Shown here: one piece after another, positions 37,318-47,621 of the stretch
Layout of the letters: every line of letters starts with the position of its first letter
Position numbering within the stretch: the first letter of the stretch is position 1
Assembly: GCA_035637335.1 (NCBI GenBank)
Contig: DASPXI010000065.1
Coordinates: forward strand, 1-57,512
Length of the DNA stretch: 57,512 nt
Direction of reading: 5' to 3'
From: Acidimicrobiia bacterium
GTDB taxonomy: Bacteria > Actinomycetota > Acidimicrobiia > IMCC26256 > JACDBD01
Notes under the pieces: generated by a model
What the model saw: the letters and a program-made list of their open reading frames with translations, nothing else
Databases searched by the model: none
What the model was told of the DNA's origin: nothing
Program-made: the position numbers and the translations under genes

Positions 37318-38445
37318 TTGGAGTTCGGGATCTTCGTGCAGATGTTCCTGCCCGGGGGCAAGGCGCACGATCCGGCGTCCGAGCACCAGGCCGTGCGCAA
37401 CGAGCTCGAGCTGATCCGCGAAGCCGATCGGAACAACTGGAAGTACGTGTGGTGCACCGAGCACCACACGTTGACCGAGTACTCGCACCTCTCGGCGAGT
37501 GAGTCGTTCATCGCGTACGCGCTCGCGCAGACCGAGCGCATCCACGTCGGGTCGGGCATCTTCCCGCTGAACCCGATCACCAACCACCCCGTCCGCGTTG
37601 CCGAGCGTGTGGCCATGCTCGACCACCTTTCCGAGGGTCGCTTCGAGTTCGGGTCGGGCCGGGGCGCAGGATCGCACGAGCTCGGCACGTTCAACATCGA
37701 CCCGTCCGAGACCAAAGCGAACTGGGACGAGGTGATCTGGGAGTTCACCAAGATGTGGGACTCCCTCGAGTACTCGCACGACGGAGCCGCGTTCTCGACG
37801 CCACCCCGCAACGTTGTCCCGAAGCCCTACGGCGGTGGCCGTACGCATCCGCCGATGTGGGTGGCAGCCGGCAACCCGCCGACGTACGAGAAGGCTGCCC
37901 GCCACGGCATCGGTGTGCTCGGCTTCAACGTTGCCGCCATCCATGACATGAAGGAGCACGTCGACGCGTACAAGTCGGCGATCGGCGAGGCGACGCCAGC
38001 CGGGCGGTTCGTCAACGACAACGTGATGATCACGAACGGCCTTGTCTGCCTCGAGGACGGCCGCAAGGCGCGTGAAGCCGCATGCAACATGCAGATCTCG
38101 TACCTGCAGTCGCTGGTGTTCCTGTACCACGACACGTTCCCGGTACCCGAGGGCTTCACGGCCTGGCCGAACGTGATGCCCGAGCCGACGCTGGACGACA
38201 TCGAGGGCCGCATCGAGGCCGGTTTCCTGCTGTGTGGCGATCCCAACGAGGTCACCGAGCAGGTGCGCCGATACCAGGCCGTCGGCTGCGACCAGGTCGC
38301 GTTCGGCCTCCCTGTCGGCCTGCCCCAATCCCTGGCACTCGAGACCCTCCGGCTCTTCGGCCAGGAGGTCATCCCCAAGTTCGACCAGGATCCGGTGCAC
38401 CGCAGCACGCGGATGCGCACGGGCGAACGGGCGCTGACCTCGTGA
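37318..38445 (+). CDS. LLM class flavin-dependent oxidoreductase
   Basis: WCTEHH, HPVRVAERVAMLDHLSEGRFEFGSGRG and HPPMW; TTG start after GGGGGGA. Confidence 0.92.
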   Translation: MEFGIFVQMFLPGGKAHDPASEHQAVRNELELIREADRNNWKYVWCTEHHTLTEYSHLSASESFIAYALAQTERIHVGSGIFPLNPITNHPVRVAERVAMLDHLSEGRFEFGSGRGAGSHELGTFNIDPSETKANWDEVIWEFTKMWDSLEYSHDGAAFSTPPRNVVPKPYGGGRTHPPMWVAAGNPPTYEKAARHGIGVLGFNVAAIHDMKEHVDAYKSAIGEATPAGRFVNDNVMITNGLVCLEDGRKAREAACNMQISYLQSLVFLYHDTFPVPEGFTAWPNVMPEPTLDDIEGRIEAGFLLCGDPNEVTEQVRRYQAVGCDQVAFGLPVGLPQSLALETLRLFGQEVIPKFDQDPVHRSTRMRTGERALTS

Positions 38446-39251
38446 CCACGGTCGAGAGCGCGCACGCCGGCGGCACCGCGACTCACGGGATCGTCCTGGC
38501 GCTCGATGGCGTGAGCGTGCATTTCGGCGGCATCGCCGCCCTCACCGACGTGCACCTCGCCGTCGACGCCGGAGACGTGTGCGGGCTCATCGGCCCCAAC
38601 GGCGCCGGCAAGACGACACTGTTCGACGTCGTCTCGGGCGTCCGAATTCCGGACACGGGACGGGTCATGCTCGACGGCAGCGAGATCACGCGCTGGCCGG
38701 CGGCACGCCGAGCCCGGGGCGGGTTGCGCCGCACCTTCCAGCGCGTCCAGACGTACGGCTGGCTCTCGATCGAGGACAACGTGCTCGCCGCGCTCGAGTG
38801 GCGCGGAGGCGGCGGCGGTCTGCCGGCCGACCTGCTCGGTTCTCCTATCCGTCGTCGCCGCGAGCGTGAGCGGCGCGAGCGCGTCGCCCACGTGCTCGAG
38901 TTGTGCGGCCTGACCGCCGTGGCCCGGCAGCCCGCGGGTTCACTGCCGATGGGACTGGCGCGGATGGTCGAGCTGGCGCGAGCGATCGTCGACCCGCCGC
39001 GCGTACTGCTTCTTGACGAGCCGACATCTGGGCTCGGCGACACCGAGATGACGCGACTGGGGGAGCGGATCCGGGCCATCCAGGCCGAGGAGTCCTGCGC
39101 GGTGCTGCTGGTCGAACACGACGTGGGATTCGTCATGGAGCAGTGCGACCGCATCGTCGTGCTCAACCTGGGCGAAGTGATCGCGGTCGGGACGCCGAAG
39201 GAGATCCAGGCCGATGCCGGGGTGCGTACTGCGTACCTCGGTGAGCAATGA
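38442..39251 (+). CDS. LivG-like ABC ATP-binding protein
   Basis: GPNGAGKTT, RTFQ, LLLDEP, VEHD and AYLG motifs. Confidence 0.92.
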   Translation: MTTVESAHAGGTATHGIVLALDGVSVHFGGIAALTDVHLAVDAGDVCGLIGPNGAGKTTLFDVVSGVRIPDTGRVMLDGSEITRWPAARRARGGLRRTFQRVQTYGWLSIEDNVLAALEWRGGGGGLPADLLGSPIRRRRERERRERVAHVLELCGLTAVARQPAGSLPMGLARMVELARAIVDPPRVLLLDEPTSGLGDTEMTRLGERIRAIQAEESCAVLLVEHDVGFVMEQCDRIVVLNLGEVIAVGTPKEIQADAGVRTAYLGEQ

Positions 39252-39254
39252 CAA

Positions 39255-40505
39255 ATGGGGGGAGTTGACGTGAAGCGAAACAAGCTGGTGGGCGCGACCG
39301 TTGTGCTGGCGCTCGTGCTCGCCATGAGCAGCATGAGCGCCGCGAGTTCGTCCGGACGTCCTGATCGACCGACGCGCGGCGTGACGGACACCACGATCAC
39401 CCTCGGTGGTCTCGGGTATGCGGGCTTCTATCAGGATTCAGCCGTGGGGGCCCAGGCCCGCTTCGACAAGGCGAACAACAACAACGAGATACCCGGTGGC
39501 CGGAAGATCAACTTTCTTGGCTTCCGCGACGACGGCAGCGACCAGAGCAAGGACCTCGACGAGGGCCGGAAGCTCGTCCAGGAAGACCAGGTCTTCGCCG
39601 TCGTCCCGGTGATCACACCGTTCCTCGGCGCGAGCGACTTCTTCGCGCAGAACAAGACGCCGTTCATCGGATGGGGCATCTCGTCCGGCTTCTGCGAGAA
39701 CCCGTTCGGCTTCGGGTTCAGCGGTTGCCTGACGCCCGAGGATCCGAAGACGGCCGCCTCCACCTGGGGGGACTTGATCAAAAAGGGCAATTTCAACGGC
39801 AACGCGAAGGGCAAGACGGCCGCGGTGATCGCCGAGGACAACGATTCGGGCAAGGCAGGTGTGAAGGTCATCACTGCGTCGGCGAAGGCGGGCGGATTCA
39901 AGGTCGTCTACAACAAGAACCCGATTCCGCCGGCGCCAGCGACCGTGAGCGACTTCACGCCCTTCGCCAACGAGATCATGACCAGCAACAACGGTCGCCC
40001 GGCGGACGTCGTGTTCCTGACCCTCGCCGTCAACAACGTGACGGGGCTCAGCAACAAGCTGCTGGAGCTCGGATACCAGGGCGTGCTGACGAACGCCGTG
40101 GGTTATGACCCGCGGCTCGCTTCGCAATTCGTCGGGTCGTCGGTGTTCATCCAGTTCAATGCGTTCGAGTCTGCACAGCGGGGCAACACGGCCATGCAGC
40201 AGATCATCGACGAGATCCGGGCGGTCAAGTCTGATCAGATGCTCACGCAGCCGGTGCTCGCGGGCTACCTGTCAGCCGACATGTTCGTGCAGATGCTGAA
40301 GAAGACAGGGAAGAACCTGACGGAGACGAATTTCGCGAAAGCTGCGAACAAGAACTTCAAGTACGAGTACAAGGACATCGCGGGCGCGATTTCGTTCCCC
40401 GCCGGTCACCGGATCGGGAACACGTGCGGGACGCTCGTCGAGAGCGACGGCACCAACTACACCATCAAGGTGCCGTTCGCCTGCTACAAGAGGGTGAAGG
40501 TCTAG
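39255..40505 (+). CDS. ABC transporter substrate-binding protein (type I fold)
   Basis: Signal peptide without lipobox; RGVTDTTITLG and LVQEDQVFAV; alternative start GTG 39270. Confidence 0.88.
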   Translation: MGGVDVKRNKLVGATVVLALVLAMSSMSAASSSGRPDRPTRGVTDTTITLGGLGYAGFYQDSAVGAQARFDKANNNNEIPGGRKINFLGFRDDGSDQSKDLDEGRKLVQEDQVFAVVPVITPFLGASDFFAQNKTPFIGWGISSGFCENPFGFGFSGCLTPEDPKTAASTWGDLIKKGNFNGNAKGKTAAVIAEDNDSGKAGVKVITASAKAGGFKVVYNKNPIPPAPATVSDFTPFANEIMTSNNGRPADVVFLTLAVNNVTGLSNKLLELGYQGVLTNAVGYDPRLASQFVGSSVFIQFNAFESAQRGNTAMQQIIDEIRAVKSDQMLTQPVLAGYLSADMFVQMLKKTGKNLTETNFAKAANKNFKYEYKDIAGAISFPAGHRIGNTCGTLVESDGTNYTIKVPFACYKRVKV

Positions 40506-40550
40506 ACAGGAGAGACGAGGAGCCGCGCCCGAGATCACGAGGGGCCACCA

Positions 40551-43394
40551 TTGGAGAAGTTCCTCAACCTCGTGATCTCGGGCGCGGTGTCAGGCGCCAT
40601 CTACTCCGTGATGGCGTCGGGGCTCGTCCTGACGTACCAGAGCTCGGGCATCTTCAACTTCGCGCACGGAGCCGTTGCGTTCGCGACGGCATACTTGTTC
40701 TTCCAGTTGCACCAGGCGACATCGGCGGGCGGCCTTGGTTGGCCGATCGTCCCGTCCGCCATCGTGGCGATCCTCGTCTTCGCGCCCTTGCTCGGCCTGC
40801 TGCTCGATCGGATCCTGTTGCGGCGACTCGCCGACGCGCCCGTGTACGCCCGCATCGTCGGCACGATCGGGCTGCTCGTGGCGCTTCCGGCGCTCGTGCT
40901 GTGGCTCGTGGAGACAGTGGGGAACTCGGTCCTCGAGTTGGGCCTCCCGACGAACACGGCCGGCTTCCAACCGCCCGGGTTGGGTCCATACCCGCGCGAA
41001 GTGGTCTGGCGACCGTTGAGTGGCGTCGCGATCAACTCGGACCAGCTGGCGGTGTTCGTTGCCGCCGGCGGCGCGGCCGTGGTCCTGTGGTTGGTGCTGC
41101 GGCACACGCGCATCGGGCTGGAGATGCGCGCCGGCGTCGATCGCCGGGACCTGGCAGGGCTCCGCGGCGTGAACGCAGGCAAGACGTCCGCGGTGACATG
41201 GGCGCTGTCGATGGCGCTGGCGGGGTTGGGCGGCGTGCTGATCGCCCCGCTCTTCGGCCTTGCCGACGTGGACTACACGCTCGTGGTCCTCGGCTCGCTG
41301 GCCGCCGTGGTGGCGGCCGGATTGCGCTCGATCCCGATCGCGTTCGTCGCCGGACTGCTGCTGGGCGTGCTGCAGAACCTCGTGTTCGGGTACGCGCCCG
41401 GCTTCCTGACCGACATCTCCGGCTTTCTCTCCGCTATCCCGTTCATTCTCACCGTCGTGCTCCTCTTCTTCCTCGGGTTCGACCGGGCGCGTGCCGCCGG
41501 GTCCGTTGCGGACGAGTCGCCGCCCGAGGATCACCGCGCCGGGCTGCCCGCGTGGCGCCGGATCCTCCCGTGGGCGATCGCCGTCAGCGCGCTCGTTGTG
41601 TACGAGCTGTGGTTCGCGAGCGAGTTCTGGTCGAGCTTGATCGCGAAGGGCATCGTGCTCGGCATCGTGTTCTTGTCGTTCGTGGTGATCACCGGCCTCG
41701 GCGGCATGGTGAGCCTCGGACAAGCGACGTTCGTCACCGCCTCCGCCTTCACCGTCGGCTATCTCGTTAACACCAAGTTCGGCTTCACGATCCCGTTGGT
41801 GATGCACAACGGCCGGGTGGGGTTCTTCTTTGCCGTGGTCGCGGGCGCCGCGGTCGCCGCCGCGGTCGGGGCCCTCATCGCCATACCAGTACGACGCCTC
41901 GGTCCGCTGGCGCTCGCGCTGGCGACGCTCTCGCTCGCGTTCGTGGCCGAGCTCACCGTGTTCCAGCTCGAGGCCGTACGCAACGGATCGCGGGGCTGGC
42001 CCGTACCGCCCCTCAACCTCGAGACCTTCGAGGCCGAGCTGCCGTTGGGGCCGTTCGACTTCACCAACCCGCGCACGATGGCGATGCTCGCCTTGGTCGT
42101 CTTCGGGCTGATCACGCTCGTGATCCGCAACTTGCAACGCTCGCCATCAGGACGGGCCATGCTCGCGGTCAGGAGCTCCGAGGTCGCTGCCCGCACGTCG
42201 GGTATCGGCGCCGACTGGGCCAAGGTGTCCGTGTTCGCGGTGTCAGCCGCGATCGCCGGTATCGGTGGAGGGTTGCTCGCCGTCGTCAGCAGCCCGGTCA
42301 ACAATCGCACTGCGCCCGCGTTCATCGGCCTGATCTGGCTGGCGGTCACTGTCACCTTCGGGATCCGGCGCCCAGGCGGCGCGCTGATCGCGGGCTTGGC
42401 GTTTGCGACCTTCACCGACCTGCTCCAAGTCGTGACCGGATGGGGTTTCATGCCCGCGTGGGCCGCGAGCCTCACGAACACCACGCAGCTCGCGGCGATC
42501 CTGTTCGGCATCGGCGCGATCAACCTCGCCAAGAACCCCGACGGGGTCCTCGCCCTCGTCGGGACGCAGCGGCTCGAGCGCCGCCGCCGGCGCGAAGAAA
42601 GGGCGGCCGCGCGCGCGGCGAGGCCGGTCACGACCGTCCCCGCAACGACGCCCCTCGAGGCAGCAACGGCCGACGGCGCCGGCGGCCCGAAGGAGACCGA
42701 GCCCGCCGCGCTGCGTCTCGAACGCATCGTCGCTGGCTACGGCGAAGTCGAAGTGATCCACGGCGTGGACCTTTCCGTTCCGACCGGACAAGTGGTCACG
42801 CTGCTGGGTGCCAACGGCGCCGGTAAGTCGACGCTGTGCGCGGTGGCAGCCGGATTGCTCGAACCGACGTCCGGCCGCGTCCTCCTGCAGGGCGACGACG
42901 TCACGGCTGAGCCCGCGTCCCGGCGCGCACGGCGCGGGTTGATCCTCACGCCCGAGGCGCGCGGCATCTTCCCGGGACTCTCGGTCGACGAGAATCTGAG
43001 CCTGTTGCTGCGGTCGTCGGCCGAACGCGCCCAGGCCTACGAGCGGTTCCCGCTGCTCGCCGATCGACGACGCCAGCCGGCTGGCCTGCTGTCAGGTGGC
43101 GAGCAGCAGATGCTGGCGCTGGCGTCAGCGCTGGTACGGCCGCCGAAGGTGTTCATCGCTGACGAGCCGTCGCTGGGCCTCGCGCCACTCGCCAGCGACG
43201 CCGTGTTCGGCGCGCTGACCGAGCTCCGCGAGCGTGGCACCTCCCTGCTGCTGGTCGAGGAGAAAGCGCGCGAAGCACTCGAATTGGCCGACGTTGTCGT
43301 CGTGATGGAGCTTGGACGCATTGCGTGGACCGGTCCGCGCCGCGACGCCGACGCCGATCGCTTGGCCGCCGTGTACCTCGGTGTGCGGGTGTGA
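40551..43394 (+). CDS. Fused LivH-LivM permease plus LivF-like ATPase
   Basis: GIFNFAHG, GMVSLGQ, SGRAMLAVRS, then GANGAGKST / LSGGEQQ / IADEP. Confidence 0.9.
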   Translation: MEKFLNLVISGAVSGAIYSVMASGLVLTYQSSGIFNFAHGAVAFATAYLFFQLHQATSAGGLGWPIVPSAIVAILVFAPLLGLLLDRILLRRLADAPVYARIVGTIGLLVALPALVLWLVETVGNSVLELGLPTNTAGFQPPGLGPYPREVVWRPLSGVAINSDQLAVFVAAGGAAVVLWLVLRHTRIGLEMRAGVDRRDLAGLRGVNAGKTSAVTWALSMALAGLGGVLIAPLFGLADVDYTLVVLGSLAAVVAAGLRSIPIAFVAGLLLGVLQNLVFGYAPGFLTDISGFLSAIPFILTVVLLFFLGFDRARAAGSVADESPPEDHRAGLPAWRRILPWAIAVSALVVYELWFASEFWSSLIAKGIVLGIVFLSFVVITGLGGMVSLGQATFVTASAFTVGYLVNTKFGFTIPLVMHNGRVGFFFAVVAGAAVAAAVGALIAIPVRRLGPLALALATLSLAFVAELTVFQLEAVRNGSRGWPVPPLNLETFEAELPLGPFDFTNPRTMAMLALVVFGLITLVIRNLQRSPSGRAMLAVRSSEVAARTSGIGADWAKVSVFAVSAAIAGIGGGLLAVVSSPVNNRTAPAFIGLIWLAVTVTFGIRRPGGALIAGLAFATFTDLLQVVTGWGFMPAWAASLTNTTQLAAILFGIGAINLAKNPDGVLALVGTQRLERRRRREERAAARAARPVTTVPATTPLEAATADGAGGPKETEPAALRLERIVAGYGEVEVIHGVDLSVPTGQVVTLLGANGAGKSTLCAVAAGLLEPTSGRVLLQGDDVTAEPASRRARRGLILTPEARGIFPGLSVDENLSLLLRSSAERAQAYERFPLLADRRRQPAGLLSGGEQQMLALASALVRPPKVFIADEPSLGLAPLASDAVFGALTELRERGTSLLLVEEKAREALELADVVVVMELGRIAWTGPRRDADADRLAAVYLGVRV

Positions 43395-43440
43395 CCGGGG
43401 GCTACCGTTTGCGATCGGCAGCCGAGGCTAAGGAGGCACG

Positions 43441-44013
43441 ATGAGCACGACTCCACCGCCGGCCGATGCCCGGGTCACGGCGATCGATCTGCGTCGCAGC
43501 TGGGGGTTCGTGCTCGCGCTCGGCATCGCGTGCGTCGTCGCAGGCGTGCTCACACTCGTGTGGCCCGGTGTCACGATCCTCGCTCTGGTCATTGTGCTCG
43601 GAGTGTTCCTGCTCTTCGCCGGCGCGTCCGAGATCGGCTGGGCGCTCGCAGAGCGTCAGACCGAGGGATGGAAGGTCATCCTGGCGCGCGGGATCATCAA
43701 CGTGATCACCGGGCTCATCGTCCTCATATGGCCCGACGTGACGGTCCTCGCGCTCGCGTTGATCCTTGCCGCGTGGTTGTTCGTGTACTCGGCGATGACG
43801 CTCTGGTACGCGTACCAACATCGAGGCGAGCAGCCGCGCCGAGGCCACTTCGTGGTCAAGGGATTCGCCGCACTGATCGCCGCCATCATCACCGTCGCGT
43901 GGCCGGGCATCACCGTGCTCGTAATCGCGATCGTGATCGGTCTCGAGCTCATCTTCTACGGCGCGGTCTTGATCCAGTTGGGGCTGCGCATGCGCCGTCT
44001 GCCGGCCACGTGA
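43441..44013 (+). CDS. HdeD/DUF308 family membrane protein
   Basis: Repeated TM hairpins ending in WPGVT / WPDVT / WPGIT; AAGGAGG Shine-Dalgarno. Confidence 0.85.
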   Translation: MSTTPPPADARVTAIDLRRSWGFVLALGIACVVAGVLTLVWPGVTILALVIVLGVFLLFAGASEIGWALAERQTEGWKVILARGIINVITGLIVLIWPDVTVLALALILAAWLFVYSAMTLWYAYQHRGEQPRRGHFVVKGFAALIAAIITVAWPGITVLVIAIVIGLELIFYGAVLIQLGLRMRRLPAT

Positions 44014-44053
44014 GGCCTCGCCACCGTCGCCATCGTGGTGACGGCGCCGAGCA

Positions 44054-44866
44054 TTGAGCCGCGGGGCCCTCATCACGCTGCTGCTCGTCGTGGCGGCGTT
44101 GCTCGTCCCGTTCGCGCTCGTCGGTCTCTGGACACACCAGGTCCTCCTCGATCGCGAGCGGTTCACCAACCTCTCTGACGACCTGCTCGATCGCTCGGCG
44201 GTGCGTCGGGGCTTGGCCGACGAGACCGTGGCCCAGCTCGAGCGTGCGCGGCCCGGGCTCAGGGCCGGCGAGCCGGCCTTGCGGGCCGGCATGGAAAGCG
44301 TGTTGACGTCGCCCGACTACCGAGCCGTGTTCAAGCAGACGCTCGGTGACGTGCACGACCAGCTCACCAACGACGAGGACACGCTCCGGCTCAACCTCGG
44401 TCCGACCGTGGATTTCGCTCGCGCCCGGCTGCCGGGCGGCCGGGCGTTGCCGCCGGGCTCGCAGGTGCCCCCGGTTGTCATCGCCCGGCGCAGTGAAGTG
44501 CCCGTGCAGTGGGGCGCGGTCGACGCTGCGAAACGAATCGCGTTCCTTACGCCGCTGGTCGTGCTCGGACTCCTCGCCCTCGCGGTCGCGATGGCCCGGC
44601 GGCGGTGGCTCACCCTGGGCATCGTCGGGAGCGTGGTGGCGGGTGTTTCGCTGCTCCTGCTCGGGCTCATGGCGCTGGCGAAACAGGTCGTCGGTCGCCG
44701 TCTCGACGCGGTCGTTTCTCGCGACGCGTTCGATGCCGCGTGGGAGGTGATCGCCCGCAGCCTCACCAACACCACGCTGATCATCGTGCTCGGCGCGCTC
44801 GTCGTGGCCGCCGGCGGCTTCGTCGTCCACCTGATCCTGACGCGCCGCCCGTCGCCCGCGCATTGA
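44054..44866 (+). CDS. Hypothetical integral membrane protein
   Basis: N-terminal TM helix, soluble domain, three C-terminal TM helices; start uncertain. Confidence 0.7.
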   Translation: MSRGALITLLLVVAALLVPFALVGLWTHQVLLDRERFTNLSDDLLDRSAVRRGLADETVAQLERARPGLRAGEPALRAGMESVLTSPDYRAVFKQTLGDVHDQLTNDEDTLRLNLGPTVDFARARLPGGRALPPGSQVPPVVIARRSEVPVQWGAVDAAKRIAFLTPLVVLGLLALAVAMARRRWLTLGIVGSVVAGVSLLLLGLMALAKQVVGRRLDAVVSRDAFDAAWEVIARSLTNTTLIIVLGALVVAAGGFVVHLILTRRPSPAH

Positions 44867-44913
44867 TGCGCTCCTCAACTTCGGATAGCGAAGCTCAGGA
44901 GCGCATCGTGTCG

Positions 44914-44931
44914 ATCTGACCGACCGTCAGG
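44914..44931. promoter_or_regulatory. Palindromic operator ATCTGAC-N5-GTCAGG (site 3)
   Basis: ATCTGACCGACCGTCAGG immediately before a TATGCT -10 box upstream of the amidohydrolase. Confidence 0.7.
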
Positions 44932-45009
44932 TCTATGCTCCGCGGCGACGGCGGCTTTGCCGACCGTCGCCGCAAAGCCGGAGCTTGCGACGGCGACAAG
45001 GAAGAGGCC

Positions 45010-46206
45010 ATGACCGAGATCCCGAAGATCATCTCCGTCGACGACCACGTCGTGGAGCCGGCCGACGTCTGGCAGAAGCGCCTGCCGAAGAAGTACCTCG
45101 ACGTCGGCCCGCGCGTGGAGCGAGCCCCGCTGGGGGAGATGACCTTCGTCGGCGGCAACTTCTCGTATGAGAAGGGCGAGGGCCGTCCGTGCGACTGGTG
45201 GCACTACGAGGACAAGAAGATCCCGCAGACGCGGCTCAGCGCGGCCGTTGGATTCGACCGCGACGAGGTCAAGATCACCGCCATCACCTACGAGGAGATG
45301 CGCCCGGGCTGCTACGACCCGAAGGCGCGCCTCGAAGACATGGACGTCAACTGGGTCGAAGCGTCGCTCTCGTTCCCGACGTTCCCGCGCTTCTGCGGGC
45401 AGACGTTCATGGAAGCCAAGGACATGGAGCTCGCCGACCTCTGCGTCAAGGCGTACAACGACTGGATGTTCGACGAGTGGTGCGCAGGCTCGAACGGTCG
45501 GCTGGTCCCGCTGCCGATCATCCAGCTGTGGGACTCGCAACTCGCCGCCGACGAGATCCGCCGCAACGCGGCGCGGGGCGGGCACGCGGTCGCGTTCACG
45601 GAGATCCCGCCGTTCCTCGGGTTGCCGTCGGTCCACGACGCCGACGGCTACTGGGACCCGTTCTTCCAGGCATGCGCGGAGACGGGCACCGTCGTGTGCA
45701 TGCACATCGGGTCGTCCTCGAAGATGCCGTCCACGTCGAAGGACGCGCCGCCGGCCGTGGGATCGACACTCACGTACATGAACGCGGCGATGTCGCTGAC
45801 CGACTATCTCATGTCGGGCGTGTTCGAGAAGTTCCCCGACCTCGTGATCGCGTACTCGGAGGGGCAGATCGGCTGGATCCCGTACGTGCTCGAGCGGGCC
45901 GATGCGGTCTGGGATCACAACCGCGCGTGGGGCGGCGTGGCCGACAAGGTGAAGAAGCCGCCGAGCCAGTACTACCGGGAGCACGTCTACGGCTGTTTCT
46001 TCGACGACCCGCACGGACTGCGTTCACTCGAGGACATGGGCGTCGACACGATCACCTTCGAGACCGACTACCCCCACAGCGACTCGACCTGGCCGAACAG
46101 CAAAGAAGTTGCCGAGCGGCAGATGAAGGACCTCGACGACGAGACGATCCGCAAGATCGTGCGCGGCAACGCGATCCGGATGCTCCAGCTCGACTTCGCC
46201 GAGTAA
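45010..46206 (+). CDS. Amidohydrolase family protein (Amidohydro_2 type)
   Basis: ISVDDH, FPTFPRFCGQ, MHIGSSS, YSEGQIGWIP and ETDYPHSDSTWP. Confidence 0.93.
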   Translation: MTEIPKIISVDDHVVEPADVWQKRLPKKYLDVGPRVERAPLGEMTFVGGNFSYEKGEGRPCDWWHYEDKKIPQTRLSAAVGFDRDEVKITAITYEEMRPGCYDPKARLEDMDVNWVEASLSFPTFPRFCGQTFMEAKDMELADLCVKAYNDWMFDEWCAGSNGRLVPLPIIQLWDSQLAADEIRRNAARGGHAVAFTEIPPFLGLPSVHDADGYWDPFFQACAETGTVVCMHIGSSSKMPSTSKDAPPAVGSTLTYMNAAMSLTDYLMSGVFEKFPDLVIAYSEGQIGWIPYVLERADAVWDHNRAWGGVADKVKKPPSQYYREHVYGCFFDDPHGLRSLEDMGVDTITFETDYPHSDSTWPNSKEVAERQMKDLDDETIRKIVRGNAIRMLQLDFAE

Positions 46207-46216
46207 CGGCGACTCG

Positions 46217-46663
46217 CTATTTCTGGTCCGAGCCCTTCGGCCGCATTACGAGCACCGTGCCCTGCGCGATGCACACCTGGCGGCCGTCGTTGTCGACGTC
46301 GATGCGGACGACGGCGGTGCGCTTCGTGAGCGAGACGATCTGCGCCACAGCCGCGAGCGTGCCGGTGGTGACCGGCGCCAGGTAGTTGAGCTTGAACTCG
46401 GTTGTTGCCGCCCACGCGCCTTTGGGCATGACGGGGTAGCAGACGGTGCCGAGCACGTGGTCGCACAGCGCGGCCAGCACGCCGCCGTGCAGGTTCTTGA
46501 ACGGCGTGAGCAGCTCGTCACGCACGGCGAGCTCGGCCCGCATCCCGCCCGGCCAGGTCTCGGTCAGGCGAATGCCTAGGTAGCCGGGGAGACCCTCGGC
46601 CTTCTCGTGCGCTCGCACGAGCCCCTCGGCAACGCGCTCGTCGTAGGTCTCGAAATCGCCCAC
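46217..46663 (-). CDS. PaaI family thioesterase
   Basis: NLHGGVLAALCD and TTEFKLNYLAP motifs. Confidence 0.92.
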   Translation of the reverse strand: MGDFETYDERVAEGLVRAHEKAEGLPGYLGIRLTETWPGGMRAELAVRDELLTPFKNLHGGVLAALCDHVLGTVCYPVMPKGAWAATTEFKLNYLAPVTTGTLAAVAQIVSLTKRTAVVRIDVDNDGRQVCIAQGTVLVMRPKGSDQK

Positions 46664-46674
46664 GGCTGCGGAGG

Positions 46675-47553
46675 CTAGAGCAACGCCGGCGCGAGCTCCC
46701 GCCAGTCGTCGAGCGGAACCGCGGTGCGTTCAGGCTTGAGGACCTGCACGGCGACGTGGTCGGCGCCGGCGTCGAGATGGGCCTGCACGCGGGCGCGGAT
46801 CGCGTCAGCGTCGCCCCACGCCACGAGGGTGTCGACGAGCCGCTCGCTGCCGCCGTCGGCGATGTCGTCGTCGGTGATGCCGAAGCGACGCAGGTTGTTC
46901 ATGTAGTTCGGGAGGTCGAGATACGTCGCGACGTGCTTGCGCCCGATCCGGCGTGCCTCGGCCGGATCGGTCTCGAGCAGGACGGCCTGCTCGGGCGCCA
47001 ACAGCTTCTGCGGGCCGAGGATCTCGCGGGCCTGGGCCGTGTGCTCGGGCGGCACGTTGTAGGGGTGCGCGCCATCTGCGCGCTCGGCCGCCAGCCGCAG
47101 CATCTTCGGGCCGAGGGCCGCGAGCACGCGCCGCGGGGGCTCGGGCGGTTCGGCGGCGAGATACAGGGCTGCGTCCATGCGGTCGAGGTACTCGCGCATC
47201 GCCGTCAGCGGGCGAACGTACGTCTGGCCTCGCAGTCCTTCCACCATTGGCTGGTGGCTCACGCCGAGCCCGAGCACGAACCGGCCCGGGAACGCCTCGC
47301 TGACTGTCTTCCAGCCCGCGTTCATCGTCATTGGGTCGCGTCCCCAGATCTGGGCGATGCCTGTTCCCACGGCAATGCGTCGCGTGCCACCGAGCAGGAG
47401 CGTCGCGTGGACGAGCGGATCGCGCCCGACGGCGTCGGGCACCCAGATCGCGCCGTACCCCAGCTCCTCGATCTCGGCCGCCATCTCGCGGCCACGCTTC
47501 ATCGGCTGGAGGTCGAGGACGAAGCTCCAGATCCCGACGCGCCCGAGATCCAT
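46675..47553 (-). CDS. LLM class, probably F420-dependent oxidoreductase (TIGR03620-like)
   Basis: EELGYGAIW, GRFVLGLGVSH, LAALGPKML and HLDAGADHV. Confidence 0.88.
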   Translation of the reverse strand: MDLGRVGIWSFVLDLQPMKRGREMAAEIEELGYGAIWVPDAVGRDPLVHATLLLGGTRRIAVGTGIAQIWGRDPMTMNAGWKTVSEAFPGRFVLGLGVSHQPMVEGLRGQTYVRPLTAMREYLDRMDAALYLAAEPPEPPRRVLAALGPKMLRLAAERADGAHPYNVPPEHTAQAREILGPQKLLAPEQAVLLETDPAEARRIGRKHVATYLDLPNYMNNLRRFGITDDDIADGGSERLVDTLVAWGDADAIRARVQAHLDAGADHVAVQVLKPERTAVPLDDWRELAPALL

Positions 47554-47579
47554 CAGGTCACCACCGCTGGACACGAAAT

Positions 47580-47593
47580 AAGAACACGTTCTA
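47580..47593. promoter_or_regulatory. KstR-type operator
   Basis: AAGAACACGTTCTA matches the KstR consensus TnnAACnnGTTnnA except at position 1; lies between divergent genes. Confidence 0.65.
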
Positions 47594-47621
47594 GATTGGC
47601 AATCGTACCGGAGGAAACGGC

